A stretch of 64,000 nt of DNA from Bacteroidales bacterium. Lineage in GTDB: Bacteria > Bacteroidota > Bacteroidia > Bacteroidales > P3. The translations under genes and the position numbers were made by a program. A model generated the notes under the pieces. That model was not told the origin of the DNA and ran no database searches. It saw only the letters and a program-made list of their open reading frames with translations. Below, piece after piece: positions 17,068 through 27,055 of the stretch (its first letter is position 1; each line of letters starts with the position of its first letter). The stretch is from positions 89,750-153,749 of the forward strand of contig JAFSPS010000008.1 in the NCBI GenBank assembly GCA_017451385.1. Direction: 5' to 3'.

Positions 17068-18177
17068 TTATTTTTTAGCAATTTTCTCTATCTCGTCAAC
17101 GATTTTGTCTGCTGAGCCGCGTAGTGCGAGAGAGGCACATGCCTTGCTCATAGAGATGCGTTTATCTGGCGATGCGATGATTTCCAATAGTTTATCTATC
17201 CCTTCATTGTTGCAATCTTTGTCTGCGACCAAAATTGCAGCTCCTTTATTAACAAGTGATTGTGCATTTTTTGTCTGATGGTCCTCTGCTACATTGGGCG
17301 ATGGTATCAGGATTATGGGTTTGCCGACGATGCACAATTCGGAGATTGCTATGGCACCGGCGCGAGACATGACAACATCGGCGGCAGTGTATGCCATATC
17401 CATTCTCGTAATGAACTGATGGACTTTGACCCACTTCTCCACACCGCGTCTTGCCACGGCATCGCGCACCTGCTCGTACATCCAGCGTCCTGTCTGCCAG
17501 ACAATCTGTATGCCGTGGTCGGCGAAGGTGTCAATATGGTTGAGCAACATGTTGTTGATGCTGCTTGCGCCGAGGCTGCCGCCCACCGACAACACAATGG
17601 GCATCGAGGTATCGAGGTCGAAATGGGCACAGCTTTCGTCCTTTCCGACTTTCATGTTCTCTATGTCGTCGCGTACGGGGTTGCCTGTCAATACGATTTT
17701 GTCGGCAGGGAAGAAACGGTCCATGCCTTCGTATGCTACGCAGATGCAGTCGGCTTTGTTGGCGAGCATCTTGTTGGTGAGTCCGGCGTATGAGTTTTGT
17801 TCCTGAATGAGTGTTGGGAAACCCATAGCGGCAGCCTGCTTGAGCGTTGGCTCGCTGGCGAAGCCGCCTACGCCTACCACTACATCAGGATTGAAGTCGC
17901 GAAGGAGTCGACGTACCATGCTGCGACTGCGTATTATTTTGTAGGGTAGCGTCAGGTTGCGCTTGATGTTGGTCCAGTTGAGCTGGCGGTGCAGGCCGTC
18001 GATAGGGAGACCTTTGATGGCGTAGCCTGCTGCCGGCACTTTCTCCATCTCCATCTTGTCCTCGGCGCCGACAAAGAGAATGTCGGCATCGGGGTGGCGT
18101 CTGCGCAGACTGTTGGCTATGGCTATGGCAGGGAAGATGTGTCCGCCGCTGCCGCCGCCGCTTATTATTGCTTTCAT
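17068..18177 (-). CDS. murG: undecaprenyldiphospho-muramoylpentapeptide beta-N-acetylglucosaminyltransferase
   Basis: Start set at the internal ATG 18177 (MKAIISGGGSGGHIFPAIAIA), giving 369 aa. The 176 upstream codons of the 545-aa track ORF are His/Arg-rich and overlap ftsW. There is an ATGA overlap with the ftsW stop. Confidence 0.93.
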   Translation of the reverse strand: MKAIISGGGSGGHIFPAIAIANSLRRRHPDADILFVGAEDKMEMEKVPAAGYAIKGLPIDGLHRQLNWTNIKRNLTLPYKIIRSRSMVRRLLRDFNPDVVVGVGGFASEPTLKQAAAMGFPTLIQEQNSYAGLTNKMLANKADCICVAYEGMDRFFPADKIVLTGNPVRDDIENMKVGKDESCAHFDLDTSMPIVLSVGGSLGASSINNMLLNHIDTFADHGIQIVWQTGRWMYEQVRDAVARRGVEKWVKVHQFITRMDMAYTAADVVMSRAGAIAISELCIVGKPIILIPSPNVAEDHQTKNAQSLVNKGAAILVADKDCNNEGIDKLLEIIASPDKRISMSKACASLALRGSADKIVDEIEKIAKK

Positions 18178-19382
18178 TTTGTTTCCTCCGTTGTTGTTTT
18201 GTCGTCGATGGCAGCTTCGTCGTTTTTCTGAAGCTTGCGCTGATTGTTCGAACTCTTCACTACGGCTTGAATCATTCCGATGCCGATGCAGGTGAAGACA
18301 TAGGATGTGCCGCCGGTGCTTATCAGAGGCAGAGTCTGTCCCGTCACCGGGATGACACCAACGCAGACGCAGATATGCACAATGGCTTGCAGGTATATGG
18401 ATGTGGCAATGCCCATGATGAGTAGTCCGCCGAAGCGTCGTCCGCTTTTGTAAGCCAAAATCATGCAGCGGTAGAAGAGGATAGTGTACAAGAGGAAGAT
18501 GATGACGCCCACGATGCTGCCCGTTTCTTCGACGATGATGGCATAGATGAAGTCGTTGTTGGCCTGCGTCATCAGACGGGCGTGGACGGTGCCGCCGATG
18601 TTGGCTTTGATAAGACCGCCTTCGGCAATAGCCATGCGCGCCATGTTCTCTTGCGACAGTTCCTCCTTGTCGGGGTTGAGCCAGTGGTCGATGCGATTGG
18701 ACCACGTCTCGGCGCGCGCGATGAGAGGAGCCTCTCTGGCGTAGGATGCCAGAGGACTGTGGAACACCTTGTAGCTGACGAAGAGCATGCTGCCGCCAGC
18801 TATGCCGAGAAGTGCTATGGTGATAAAGATATATTTGCGCTTCACGCCGCCCAGATACATTATCGCCAGTCCTGTGGCAAAGACGAGCAGTGCGGTGGAA
18901 AGGTTCTCGGGCATGATAAGGCCAGCAACGAGTGCTAAGGGTATGAGCGTGAGCCAGAAGAGTTTTTTGTCGTTCAGCTGGTCATGGTAGATGGCTAAGA
19001 GGTGAGCTATGAAGATGATTACTATCGGTTTTGCAATCTCTGATGGTTGGAACTGTCCGATATATCTCAGTCTCAGCCAACGCCCTCCTAAGACGAGGAC
19101 GACAAACAGGAGAGCTACGGCACCTAAATACAATACATTAGCTATGCGAGAAAAAAACTGATAGTTGATGTTGGAGACCACCATAGCGCCAAGGTAGGCA
19201 ATCAGCACATAGAGGAGGTGCTTTTTGAGGAATGCCATTACCGGAGTGGTGTGATAGTCGATGATGGCGGTGTAGCCTATGGAGCTATACACCGCAATGA
19301 GCGATATGGTGCTAAGGATGAAACAAAGCAACCATACGACCCTATCGCCGCTAAACTTCAGTATTTTTATCTTGCTCTTCAA
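18174..19382 (-). CDS. ftsW: SEDS-family peptidoglycan glycosyltransferase FtsW
   Basis: 402 aa polytopic membrane protein in the syntenic position. It has a TTG start 9 nt after the preceding stop and no upstream ATG. Confidence 0.9.
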   Translation of the reverse strand: MKSKIKILKFSGDRVVWLLCFILSTISLIAVYSSIGYTAIIDYHTTPVMAFLKKHLLYVLIAYLGAMVVSNINYQFFSRIANVLYLGAVALLFVVLVLGGRWLRLRYIGQFQPSEIAKPIVIIFIAHLLAIYHDQLNDKKLFWLTLIPLALVAGLIMPENLSTALLVFATGLAIMYLGGVKRKYIFITIALLGIAGGSMLFVSYKVFHSPLASYAREAPLIARAETWSNRIDHWLNPDKEELSQENMARMAIAEGGLIKANIGGTVHARLMTQANNDFIYAIIVEETGSIVGVIIFLLYTILFYRCMILAYKSGRRFGGLLIMGIATSIYLQAIVHICVCVGVIPVTGQTLPLISTGGTSYVFTCIGIGMIQAVVKSSNNQRKLQKNDEAAIDDKTTTEETK

Positions 19383-19391
19383 AACGAAGGA

Positions 19392-19931
19392 TTATAATTC
19401 GTTGACTTCGAGGCGGAAATGGTTGCCGTTCTCCTGTATGGAGCGGCCGTTGTCGCTGGCTGGGGAATAGATAATGGTGGCAGTCTCCAGCGAGTTGTAG
19501 AAAGCCTTGCTGACGGCTTCGCCGAGGCTGTTGACATCAACTATGGTAGGGATGATGCCGTCGAAGCTACGATGCAGATTCTCGTTGTTGCTGCCTACGC
19601 AGTAGAGCACGCGAACTTTGCGTAGCGCGGTGGCTTTCAGTCGGCTGTAGTCAGTGGTATTGTCGTTGCCGTTGGCAATCCAGATAAGGCTGCCCGTCAT
19701 GCTCTCAAGAGTGTACCATGTGGCATTGACGTTGTTGGACGAAGCGTCGTTGATGAATGTTTTGCCGTGTATGCGTGCCACGTATTCCTTGCGATAGCGC
19801 ATCTCCTCGAAGCGTGCGAAGCAGGAACGCAGTCCGGCGTTGCGCATGTGTTTCAGGCGTTTGGTGTTGATTTCAGCCAGGGTGTTGGGGACAGTGGTGC
19901 GACCTTGCTGTGCTAATGTTTCGATAGTCAT
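19392..19931 (-). CDS. MurD C-terminal-domain-only protein with degenerate ligand-binding motifs (truncated murD homologue)
   Basis: 179 aa with ATG start, occupying the murD slot between mraY and ftsW. By eye it aligns to the last ~175 aa of MurD: YRKEYVARIHGKTFINDASSNNVNATWYTLESM, WIANGNDNTTDY, IYSPASDNGRSIQENGNHF. There is no room for the N-terminal and ATP-binding domains because only 74 nt separate it from the mraY stop. Confidence 0.75.
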   Translation of the reverse strand: MTIETLAQQGRTTVPNTLAEINTKRLKHMRNAGLRSCFARFEEMRYRKEYVARIHGKTFINDASSNNVNATWYTLESMTGSLIWIANGNDNTTDYSRLKATALRKVRVLYCVGSNNENLHRSFDGIIPTIVDVNSLGEAVSKAFYNSLETATIIYSPASDNGRSIQENGNHFRLEVNEL

Positions 19932-20005
19932 AGATGTATTGTATTTAGATGTTATATTTTGATTTTTCAGTACGATGTTTTTTTCGTTGGACGAGGCGGT
20001 TATGC

Positions 20006-21184
20006 TTACCTTAGTTTGAAGGAAACTATGGTAGCGATGGCGAGCAGTATGCCGATGATGGTGAAGCGTTGCACTATCTTCTCGTCGTTGAGGCTTTTGC
20101 CGTCATTGCGGTGTTTGTGTTGATAGTTGTGGTGGAGTGGAGTGTAGCGGAAGATGCGTTTCTCTATAGGCACCTCTTCGTTGGCTGGCAGTTTGTGGCG
20201 GAAGCGGTAGATTTTGCACCCCCAGCGTTGGAGAATCACAGAGGCGTCCTCTGCCACGTATATGCCGCAGAGCAGAGGCAGGAGGAGCTCCTTGCGTATC
20301 AGGAGTGCGAAGACGGCGATGATGCCGCCGATGGTCAGCGAGCCGGTGTCGCCCATGAAGATGGTGGCAGGGTGCGTGTTGTACCACAGAAAACCGAGGA
20401 GTGCGCCGATGAAGGAGGACATGAACATCGTCAGTTCGCTGGCTTGGCTGAGATAGACAATGTTGAGATATCTGGCCATGATGATGTTGCTGGAGAGCCA
20501 TCCGATGATTGCCAGTGTGCCGCCCATGATGGCGCCGCTTGCCGTGGCGAGGCCGTCAATGCCGTCGGTGAGGTTGGAGGCGTTGGAAATGGCAGTGATG
20601 ATGAAGATGCAGATGGGTACATAAATCAGCACCGTGTATTTCTCGGCGCCATCGCCAATCCAGCTGACGAGCCACGAATAGTCGAACTCAGTGTTTTTGA
20701 TGAAGGGTATCGTCGTCTTGGTAGAGGCAATGTCAGGATGATAGATGAGCATGAGACCCACGACGAGGCCGAGAGCCACCTGCCCTATTACCTTGAATTT
20801 GCCAGGGAGGCCTTTTTTGTCATGTTTGAACACCTTGATGTAGTCGTCGATGAAGCCAATGAGTCCCAGCCATAGCGTTGTGCCAATCATAATGAGGATA
20901 TAGATGTTGTCGGGACGAGCGAAGAGCAACGTAGGGATAAGTATGGCGATGATAATCAGTAGGCCGCCCATAGTGGGAGTGCCCTGTTTCTCGCGTTCGT
21001 CATCGCGCGTTTCCTCGCCGATGCCGTAGCGGTGCATGGCGCGGATGAACGACTTGCCGAAGATGATGACTATCAGCATAGAACAGATGAAGCAACAAGC
21101 AGCGCGGAACGAGATGTACTGGAACAATCCTGTGCCGGGGATGTTGAATTCAGCATCGAGCCATTGAAACAGATAGTAGAACAT
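20006..21184 (-). CDS. mraY: phospho-N-acetylmuramoyl-pentapeptide transferase
   Basis: 392 aa starting MFYYLFQWL, with NLTDGIDGLA and FMGDTGSLTIGG; polytopic. Confidence 0.95.
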   Translation of the reverse strand: MFYYLFQWLDAEFNIPGTGLFQYISFRAACCFICSMLIVIIFGKSFIRAMHRYGIGEETRDDEREKQGTPTMGGLLIIIAILIPTLLFARPDNIYILIMIGTTLWLGLIGFIDDYIKVFKHDKKGLPGKFKVIGQVALGLVVGLMLIYHPDIASTKTTIPFIKNTEFDYSWLVSWIGDGAEKYTVLIYVPICIFIITAISNASNLTDGIDGLATASGAIMGGTLAIIGWLSSNIIMARYLNIVYLSQASELTMFMSSFIGALLGFLWYNTHPATIFMGDTGSLTIGGIIAVFALLIRKELLLPLLCGIYVAEDASVILQRWGCKIYRFRHKLPANEEVPIEKRIFRYTPLHHNYQHKHRNDGKSLNDEKIVQRFTIIGILLAIATIVSFKLR

Positions 21185-21202
21185 TGATGTCCTTTCTTTT
21201 GC

Positions 21203-22648
21203 TTAGTTTAACAATATGTGCTGCAACTCCTCTTTGTCGTCAAAGTGGGAGCGCACGCCGTTGATTTCTTGGTATTTCTCGTGTCCTTTGCCAGCCACGA
21301 GGATGATGTCGCCCTCTTGAGCCATCATGCAGGCGGTGCGTATGGCCTGACGGCGGTCGGTGATGCGTACTACGGTCCATCGCTTGTCGTTGGGTATGCC
21401 GCTCTCCATGTCGTCGAGTATCTTGTTGGGGTCCTCGGTGCGCGGATTGTCGGAGGTAATCACCACCTTGTCGGACATGTTGGCAGCTATGAGAGCCATC
21501 TCGGGGCGCTTGGTGCTGTCGCGGTCGCCGCCGCAGCCTACCACGGTAATCAGATGCTGCCGCTCGTTGCGTATGTCGTTGATGGTCTGCAGTACGTTCT
21601 GCAGTGCATCGGGGGTGTGGGCATAGTCCACGATGGCGGTGATGCCATGTCCCGTGACATATTCGAAGCGTCCTTCGGCGGCGTGCAGGTCGCTCAGCAA
21701 TCGTAGAGCTTCGAGGCTCTCTATGCCGCAGAGAACCGCTGTGGCATAGATGGCGGTAAGGTTGTAGGCGTTGAAGCGGCCAACGAGGCGGGTCCACACT
21801 TCCTGTCCGTTGAGTTCTATCAGCATGCCTTGGAATGTGTCCTCCAGCACCTTGCAATGGAAGTCGGCGGGATGCTGCAGACCATAGGTCTTTATGGTGG
21901 CGCGGCAGTTCTGCATCATCACCATGCCGTTGCGGTCGTCGATGTTGGTCAGAGCGAAAGCCTCCTGCGGCAGGCTGTCGAAGAACCCTTTTTTCGCGGC
22001 GATGTAGGCTGCCATCGTCTTGTGGTAGTCGAGGTGGTCGTGGGTGATGTTGCTGAAGATGCCACCGGCAAAGGTCAGTCCGGCGATGCGCTGTTGCACT
22101 ACGGCGTGGCTGCTGACCTCCATGAAGCAGTATTCGCATCCAGCTTCCACCATCTGATGGAGCAGTTGGTTAAGGGTCAGTGCATCGGGTGTAGTGTTGA
22201 TGGTGGGGTACTCTTGCTCGTCAATCTTGTTGACGATGGTGGAGATAAGCCCTGCGTGGTGGCCTGCGGCACGCATCATGCGCTGTAGCAGCGTCACGGT
22301 GGTTGTCTTTCCGTTGGTGCCGGTGATGCCAACAAGGCGAAGATGACGGGAGGGGTGGTTGTAGAAGTTGTCGGCAATGATGCCAAGAGCACGGTTGCTG
22401 TCTTCAACCTGCAAGTAGCAGACATTGCTGTTGATGGAGGAAGGCATCTGCTGGCATACCACGGCTGTGGCGCCGCTTGCGATGGCGCTGTCTATGTATT
22501 TGTGTCCATCGACATGCACGCCGGCTTGAGCCACGAAGAGTGAGCTTTGCTGCACCTTGCGCGAGTCAGACTGAATGTCGTTTATCTCGCGTTCGGCGTT
22601 GCCGACGATGGGTGCGTCAATTCCATTTATGATATCGATGAGTCTCAT
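21203..22648 (-). CDS. murE: UDP-N-acetylmuramoyl-L-alanyl-D-glutamate--2,6-diaminopimelate ligase
   Basis: 481 aa with GITGTNGKTT, DYAHTPDAL and GCGGDRD. Confidence 0.95.
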   Translation of the reverse strand: MRLIDIINGIDAPIVGNAEREINDIQSDSRKVQQSSLFVAQAGVHVDGHKYIDSAIASGATAVVCQQMPSSINSNVCYLQVEDSNRALGIIADNFYNHPSRHLRLVGITGTNGKTTTVTLLQRMMRAAGHHAGLISTIVNKIDEQEYPTINTTPDALTLNQLLHQMVEAGCEYCFMEVSSHAVVQQRIAGLTFAGGIFSNITHDHLDYHKTMAAYIAAKKGFFDSLPQEAFALTNIDDRNGMVMMQNCRATIKTYGLQHPADFHCKVLEDTFQGMLIELNGQEVWTRLVGRFNAYNLTAIYATAVLCGIESLEALRLLSDLHAAEGRFEYVTGHGITAIVDYAHTPDALQNVLQTINDIRNERQHLITVVGCGGDRDSTKRPEMALIAANMSDKVVITSDNPRTEDPNKILDDMESGIPNDKRWTVVRITDRRQAIRTACMMAQEGDIILVAGKGHEKYQEINGVRSHFDDKEELQHILLN

Positions 22649-22698
22649 TTTTCTTTTGTTGTGCTTAGAGGGGACAGGATAAGTGTTTGTGAGTTTTT

Positions 22699-24858
22699 TT
22701 AGTTAGAGAGTGTTAGTATGGCGGTGGTGTTTCTTTTAATGGGCGTGTGGGGCTTGGGCTGTTGTGCTGAGACGCGGCCATAGCCTGAGAATTTCACCTT
22801 CATGCCCAGTTCGTTAAGGAGGCGAATGGCATCCTTTGCCGTCATGCCTTTGCAGTTGGGCATGATGTCGGTGCGTGGGCTGTAGTTGTGGTAGCCTTCA
22901 TTGTAGGTCACCCAGCGGTAGTTGGAGTCGGCGAGAGCGAAGGGGATGTCCAATCGGTTGTAGTAGTCGGCGATGTCGGAGCGGAAGCCTTTGGAGGTAA
23001 AGGGTGTGCGACTCTCCTCGGGAGTCTCCCATGAAAGCGTCTCCATCATGATGTTGCCCAACTCTTTGTCGAGAGCCATCACGCCGTCAGCCACGCGCTT
23101 CATCACGGGGGCTGCAGCAGCGCCGCCGGATGACATGGTGTTGTTAATCATCACGAGGCAGGTGTATTTGGGGCGGTCGATGGGGAAGAAACCGACAAAA
23201 TAGGCATCGTTGGCGCTATAGCCTGTGGCGTTGATTTTTGCTGTGCCCGTCTTGCCGGCAATACCATAGGAGGTGTTTTTTATGCTTGTTGCGGTGCCTT
23301 CTGTCACCACACGACGCAGTGTGCGTTGCAGATATTGCGCTGTCTCGCGGCTCATGCCTTGTTCGAGCACAACGGGTACGTTTATCTCGGTTGTTTTGCC
23401 GTCAACCTCGTAGCTCTGGCAGAAGAGTGGTTTCACCATGCGTCCGTTGTTGGCAATGGCGTTGTAGAAGGTCAGCAGTTGCATGGGCGAGACGGCGGTG
23501 CCGTAGCCGAAGCAGAAGTTGAGGAAGTCGCGCGTGTAGCGCAGATTGTTGATGCGCTGTTTTGATTCTGGAGTGCGGAGGTCTATGTTGAGGATTTGTC
23601 CCGGGAATACCTTTCTCACCTCATGGCTCAGGGCGTTGCGCTCTTTGCGGTAGTACTTCCACCCGAGGTCTGCCATAGCGACATTGGAGGAGTGTATGAT
23701 GGCGTCAGCAACGGTTATTGTATCGCCGATGGCATGCTCGTCGGTGAGTTCGCCCTGCGGGGTATTGTCAAAGCGTTTCACGCGTGCGCGCAGCAGAATG
23801 GAGGTGTCCATCTTGATGGAATCGCTGTTCATGATGGCAGCGAGCACGACGGTCTTGAATGTAGAACCGGGTTGGCGGCGGTCGGAGCAGGCGATGTTTT
23901 TGTCGGCCAGTTCGCGGAAGTGTCCCGTGCTGTCTAAGGCGAGGTTGCTGCAGGCCTTGACATATCCCGTTGCTGTCTCCATGAGCACTACGCATCCTTG
24001 AGAGGCGTTGCGCTGGGTCAAAGCATCGCGGAGAGCCTGTTCGGCGATGTCTTGATAGCGTGTGTCGATGGTTGAGGTGATGTTGCCACCGTCAATCTTT
24101 TGTGTTACTACGCGTTCGGGTAGCCATGTGCCACGCGTGAGGCGGCGGCACTCGAAGACGCCGTCCTGACCGCGCAGGATGCTGTCGTAGTAGCCCTCCA
24201 GCCCTGTGTAGCGTTCTTCCAGTCCGTAGCTCATTCCCACCACGTTGCCGCCGAGGTTGTCATAGATGCGTATGCGCATGTGGTGACGAACATCTTTGTC
24301 GTCCACTTGTTCGACGATGCCGCGTCGCCATCCTGTCACCTGACGCAGTTCCAGCCATTTGGTGTAAGGGAAGTTGCGGGCTATGAGCATGCACTGTTTC
24401 GGTTTCTCAACGGCACGTTCTGCCAGCAGCTTTTCTTTAATTGCTTTGACGGACTTGGAGGGTGCGCCCTCATGTATAATCATGCAGATGCTGTCAAGTC
24501 CGGCGACGAAGTATTTTTCGCTGATAGAGGTGTCAATGCGCGGTTCGCCCTTGGTGTTATAGAGCGGTTTGCCGTCGCGGTCGCGCACCTGACGGTGTCC
24601 GAGGTCCAGATAGAGGTCGCATACAACGATGGTGGTGGCGAGTGTCTTGCCGTCGGCGGAGTAGATGTCGCCGCGTTGTGCTGGGTCGCGCATCTCGCTG
24701 ACGATACGTTCTTTGGACCGTTGCCGCCAATAGTCGCCCTCGACGCCTTGGGTGCGGATGAAGCCGAACAGCATCAGACCGCCACCTCCCAAGGTCAGCA
24801 GTAGGAAGATGCTCAGCATCTTGCGGCGGTTGTTGCTATTTTTCTGTTCGTTGGTCAT
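22699..24858 (-). CDS. ftsI: class B penicillin-binding protein (FtsI/PBP3-like transpeptidase)
   Basis: 719 aa with an N-terminal TM. Motifs STFK (SxxK), SSN (SxN) and KTGT, plus a PASTA-like C-terminal segment. It lies between ftsL and murE. Confidence 0.9.
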   Translation of the reverse strand: MTNEQKNSNNRRKMLSIFLLLTLGGGGLMLFGFIRTQGVEGDYWRQRSKERIVSEMRDPAQRGDIYSADGKTLATTIVVCDLYLDLGHRQVRDRDGKPLYNTKGEPRIDTSISEKYFVAGLDSICMIIHEGAPSKSVKAIKEKLLAERAVEKPKQCMLIARNFPYTKWLELRQVTGWRRGIVEQVDDKDVRHHMRIRIYDNLGGNVVGMSYGLEERYTGLEGYYDSILRGQDGVFECRRLTRGTWLPERVVTQKIDGGNITSTIDTRYQDIAEQALRDALTQRNASQGCVVLMETATGYVKACSNLALDSTGHFRELADKNIACSDRRQPGSTFKTVVLAAIMNSDSIKMDTSILLRARVKRFDNTPQGELTDEHAIGDTITVADAIIHSSNVAMADLGWKYYRKERNALSHEVRKVFPGQILNIDLRTPESKQRINNLRYTRDFLNFCFGYGTAVSPMQLLTFYNAIANNGRMVKPLFCQSYEVDGKTTEINVPVVLEQGMSRETAQYLQRTLRRVVTEGTATSIKNTSYGIAGKTGTAKINATGYSANDAYFVGFFPIDRPKYTCLVMINNTMSSGGAAAAPVMKRVADGVMALDKELGNIMMETLSWETPEESRTPFTSKGFRSDIADYYNRLDIPFALADSNYRWVTYNEGYHNYSPRTDIMPNCKGMTAKDAIRLLNELGMKVKFSGYGRVSAQQPKPHTPIKRNTTAILTLSN

Positions 24859-24928
24859 GACGGCAGGACTGTGGTTTTGATAATTGAACTCAGACTGTTG
24901 TTGTTAAGGCTTTGTCGTTGCTTGGATG

Positions 24929-25396
24929 TTATTTTCTTTTCAGTGTCAGTGGCGGTTCTGTTACGAGTTTTACGCCTGCGGAGTCGAGGCTGTTGGCTAT
25001 GGTAGAAATCTTTATGGACTGCTGGTATTGGCTTTTCAGCTGTATCTGCTGCATGCTTAGTTCGTCAATCTCTTTGCGGGTCTGTATAATCTCCTTTCGC
25101 AGGTTCTCCATCGTGTAGCGGTTGCTGACTATTGCGATGCAGAATAATAAAATCAGCATGGCCAGCGGTATTTGCCGTAGTGCGTTATGTGTCAGTAACA
25201 TTTCGCCTCCGAAGACCATACGCATCCAAGAGGTCTTTTTCTTCTTGCCTTCGGTTGGTGTGGCCTCCGGCGTGCTGTCGCCCGTTGATGCCTCTGGTGC
25301 ATCGGACGGCGACGCTGTCTCGCTCTTCTTGGGCGACAGCAGCTCGGTTTCTTCTTGGAAAACAGGCTCTTCGATATGTGCGAATCTGTTGGCCAC
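24929..25396 (-). CDS. ftsL: FtsL-like cell division protein (Bacteroidota type)
   Basis: 155 aa with a GTG start, a single TM followed by a coiled coil (ENLRKEIIQTRKEIDELSMQQIQLK), and a position between rsmH and ftsI. Confidence 0.75.
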   Translation of the reverse strand: MANRFAHIEEPVFQEETELLSPKKSETASPSDAPEASTGDSTPEATPTEGKKKKTSWMRMVFGGEMLLTHNALRQIPLAMLILLFCIAIVSNRYTMENLRKEIIQTRKEIDELSMQQIQLKSQYQQSIKISTIANSLDSAGVKLVTEPPLTLKRK

Positions 25397-25441
25397 GGTG
25401 TGCTTGCTTACTTTATTCTTCTTATAAATAAATATATACGT

Positions 25442-26350
25442 TTATGATATCTTCTCGGCTATTCTTAGTTTTGCGCTGCGCGAACGTGGGTTACGTTGCA
25501 GTTCGTCATCGGTGGGGACTAAGGCTTTGCGGCTCACCATCTTGAGAGGTGTTAAGGGGTTGCCGAAGAAGTCTTTTTCCACCACTCCTTCGAAGTTGCC
25601 GGCGCGCATGAAATTCTTCACCAGTCGGTCTTCGAGCGAATGGTAAGAGAGTACTACGAGACGTCCGCCCTTGTTGAGTAGCTCGGTGGCTTGCATGAGC
25701 ATCTCTTTCAGAGCGTCCAGTTCGCCATTGACCTCGATACGGAGGGCTTGGAAAATCATAGCCAGATACTTGTTCTCATAGCCGCGAGGGAGGTGCCGTT
25801 CCACAGCTTTGCAAAGTTGGAGTGTTGTCTCGATGGCGTTTTGGCGGCGAGCGTCGCAGATGGCGTGAGCTATCTGGCGTGCGTTGGGCAGCTCGCCGTA
25901 GAGACGCATGATAGAAGTCAGCGTCTCTTCGTCGCTGTCGTTGACCAATTCGCGTGCCGAGAGAGCCTGCCGTTGGTCCATGCGGAGGTCGAGTGCGCCG
26001 TCGTGGCGTGTGGAGAAGCCACGCGAGGCTTCGTCAAACTGATGGGATGAGACGCCGAGGTCGGCTAAGACACCATCAACGTTGCGTATGCCGTGGAGGC
26101 GGAGGAAGTTTTTCAGATAACGGAAATTCTCGTTGATGAGCGTGAAACGTTTGTCGTCGATGCTGTTGGCCACTGCGTCCATGTCTTGGTCGAATGCCAC
26201 GAGGCGTCCTTCGTCGTCGAGAGCATCTATGATGGCACGCGAATGACCGCCGCCGCCAAAGGTAGTATCAACGTAGGTACCTTTGGCACGGATGTTCAAT
26301 CCATTGATTGTTTCGGTGAGCATCACCGGCAGGTGGTAATCGTTTGCCAT
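25442..26350 (-). CDS. rsmH: 16S rRNA (cytosine1402-N4)-methyltransferase
   Basis: 302 aa with HLPVML, TFGGGGHS and DLGVSSHQFD. Confidence 0.95.
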   Translation of the reverse strand: MANDYHLPVMLTETINGLNIRAKGTYVDTTFGGGGHSRAIIDALDDEGRLVAFDQDMDAVANSIDDKRFTLINENFRYLKNFLRLHGIRNVDGVLADLGVSSHQFDEASRGFSTRHDGALDLRMDQRQALSARELVNDSDEETLTSIMRLYGELPNARQIAHAICDARRQNAIETTLQLCKAVERHLPRGYENKYLAMIFQALRIEVNGELDALKEMLMQATELLNKGGRLVVLSYHSLEDRLVKNFMRAGNFEGVVEKDFFGNPLTPLKMVSRKALVPTDDELQRNPRSRSAKLRIAEKIS

Positions 26351-26354
26351 TGTT

Positions 26355-26822
26355 TTAGTTTTCGTCCGAAGAGCTGTCTTTCAGGTTGCCCAGACGCTGG
26401 TCCACCAGCGAGGCGAAGTCTGTAGTGTCAGCTTCCAATGCGGCATAGCTATCGTAGTCCCAAATCTCGATATATCTGCCAACGGACTGTAAAACAATGT
26501 CTTTTGCAGCTTTGATGCGTTCTTTTTGCTCGGGAGGTATCAACAGGCGGTCGTTGGTGTCGAGTTCCACGACGTTGCAACGAACGAGTTCTCGCAGAAG
26601 CTTGACATCTTCTTTGTTGTAACGGCTGAGAGTCTTGTTCAGCAGTGCTACCTCTTCTTCAAAACTGGCATAAGTCCATAGCTCCAGACAGTTGGCGTAA
26701 ACGCTGCGGCGGATGACGAAACGGTTGTCGTCCGAAGCCACCTGACGCTTCAACGCTACGGGCAGCTTGAAACGGCCGTTCGAATCGACCTTACAACGCT
26801 CTATACCAAGGAGTAACGACAT
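26355..26822 (-). CDS. mraZ: division/cell wall cluster transcriptional regulator MraZ
   Basis: 155 aa with two DxxxR repeats (DSNGRFKLP, DTNDRLLIP); first gene of the operon. Confidence 0.93.
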   Translation of the reverse strand: MSLLLGIERCKVDSNGRFKLPVALKRQVASDDNRFVIRRSVYANCLELWTYASFEEEVALLNKTLSRYNKEDVKLLRELVRCNVVELDTNDRLLIPPEQKERIKAAKDIVLQSVGRYIEIWDYDSYAALEADTTDFASLVDQRLGNLKDSSSDEN

Positions 26823-27055
26823 ATTTTGCCTTATCTATTTTTTTGTAAAAGTAGCACTTTTTCCAATATCTCCCAATTTTTTCCTTTAATTGTTGAAAAC
26901 TTCCTAAAAAATACTTTTTTCTATTAAACGAACAAATGAAAAAAAATGTTTCAAAGCCTTTCGTTTTATGGTGCTACCTCCTATTTCAACGTAGAATATT
27001 GGTTGAAAAAAATTGTTTTATAAGTAATTGAAAAAAAGAAACCGTGTCTTCACAA

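Noticed and set aside
17068-18705. 545-aa track ORF as a long MurG
   Set aside because: The first 176 codons are His/Arg-rich and overlap ftsW in another frame. The canonical MurG N-terminus MKAIISGGGSGGHIFP begins at the ATG 18177.
26857-26904. Three TTCC (minus-strand GGAA) at exact 20-nt spacing upstream of mraZ as MraZ operator repeats
   Set aside because: The shared core is only 4 nt in a T-rich region, which is easily chance. It bears no resemblance to the MraZ box sequences I remember.
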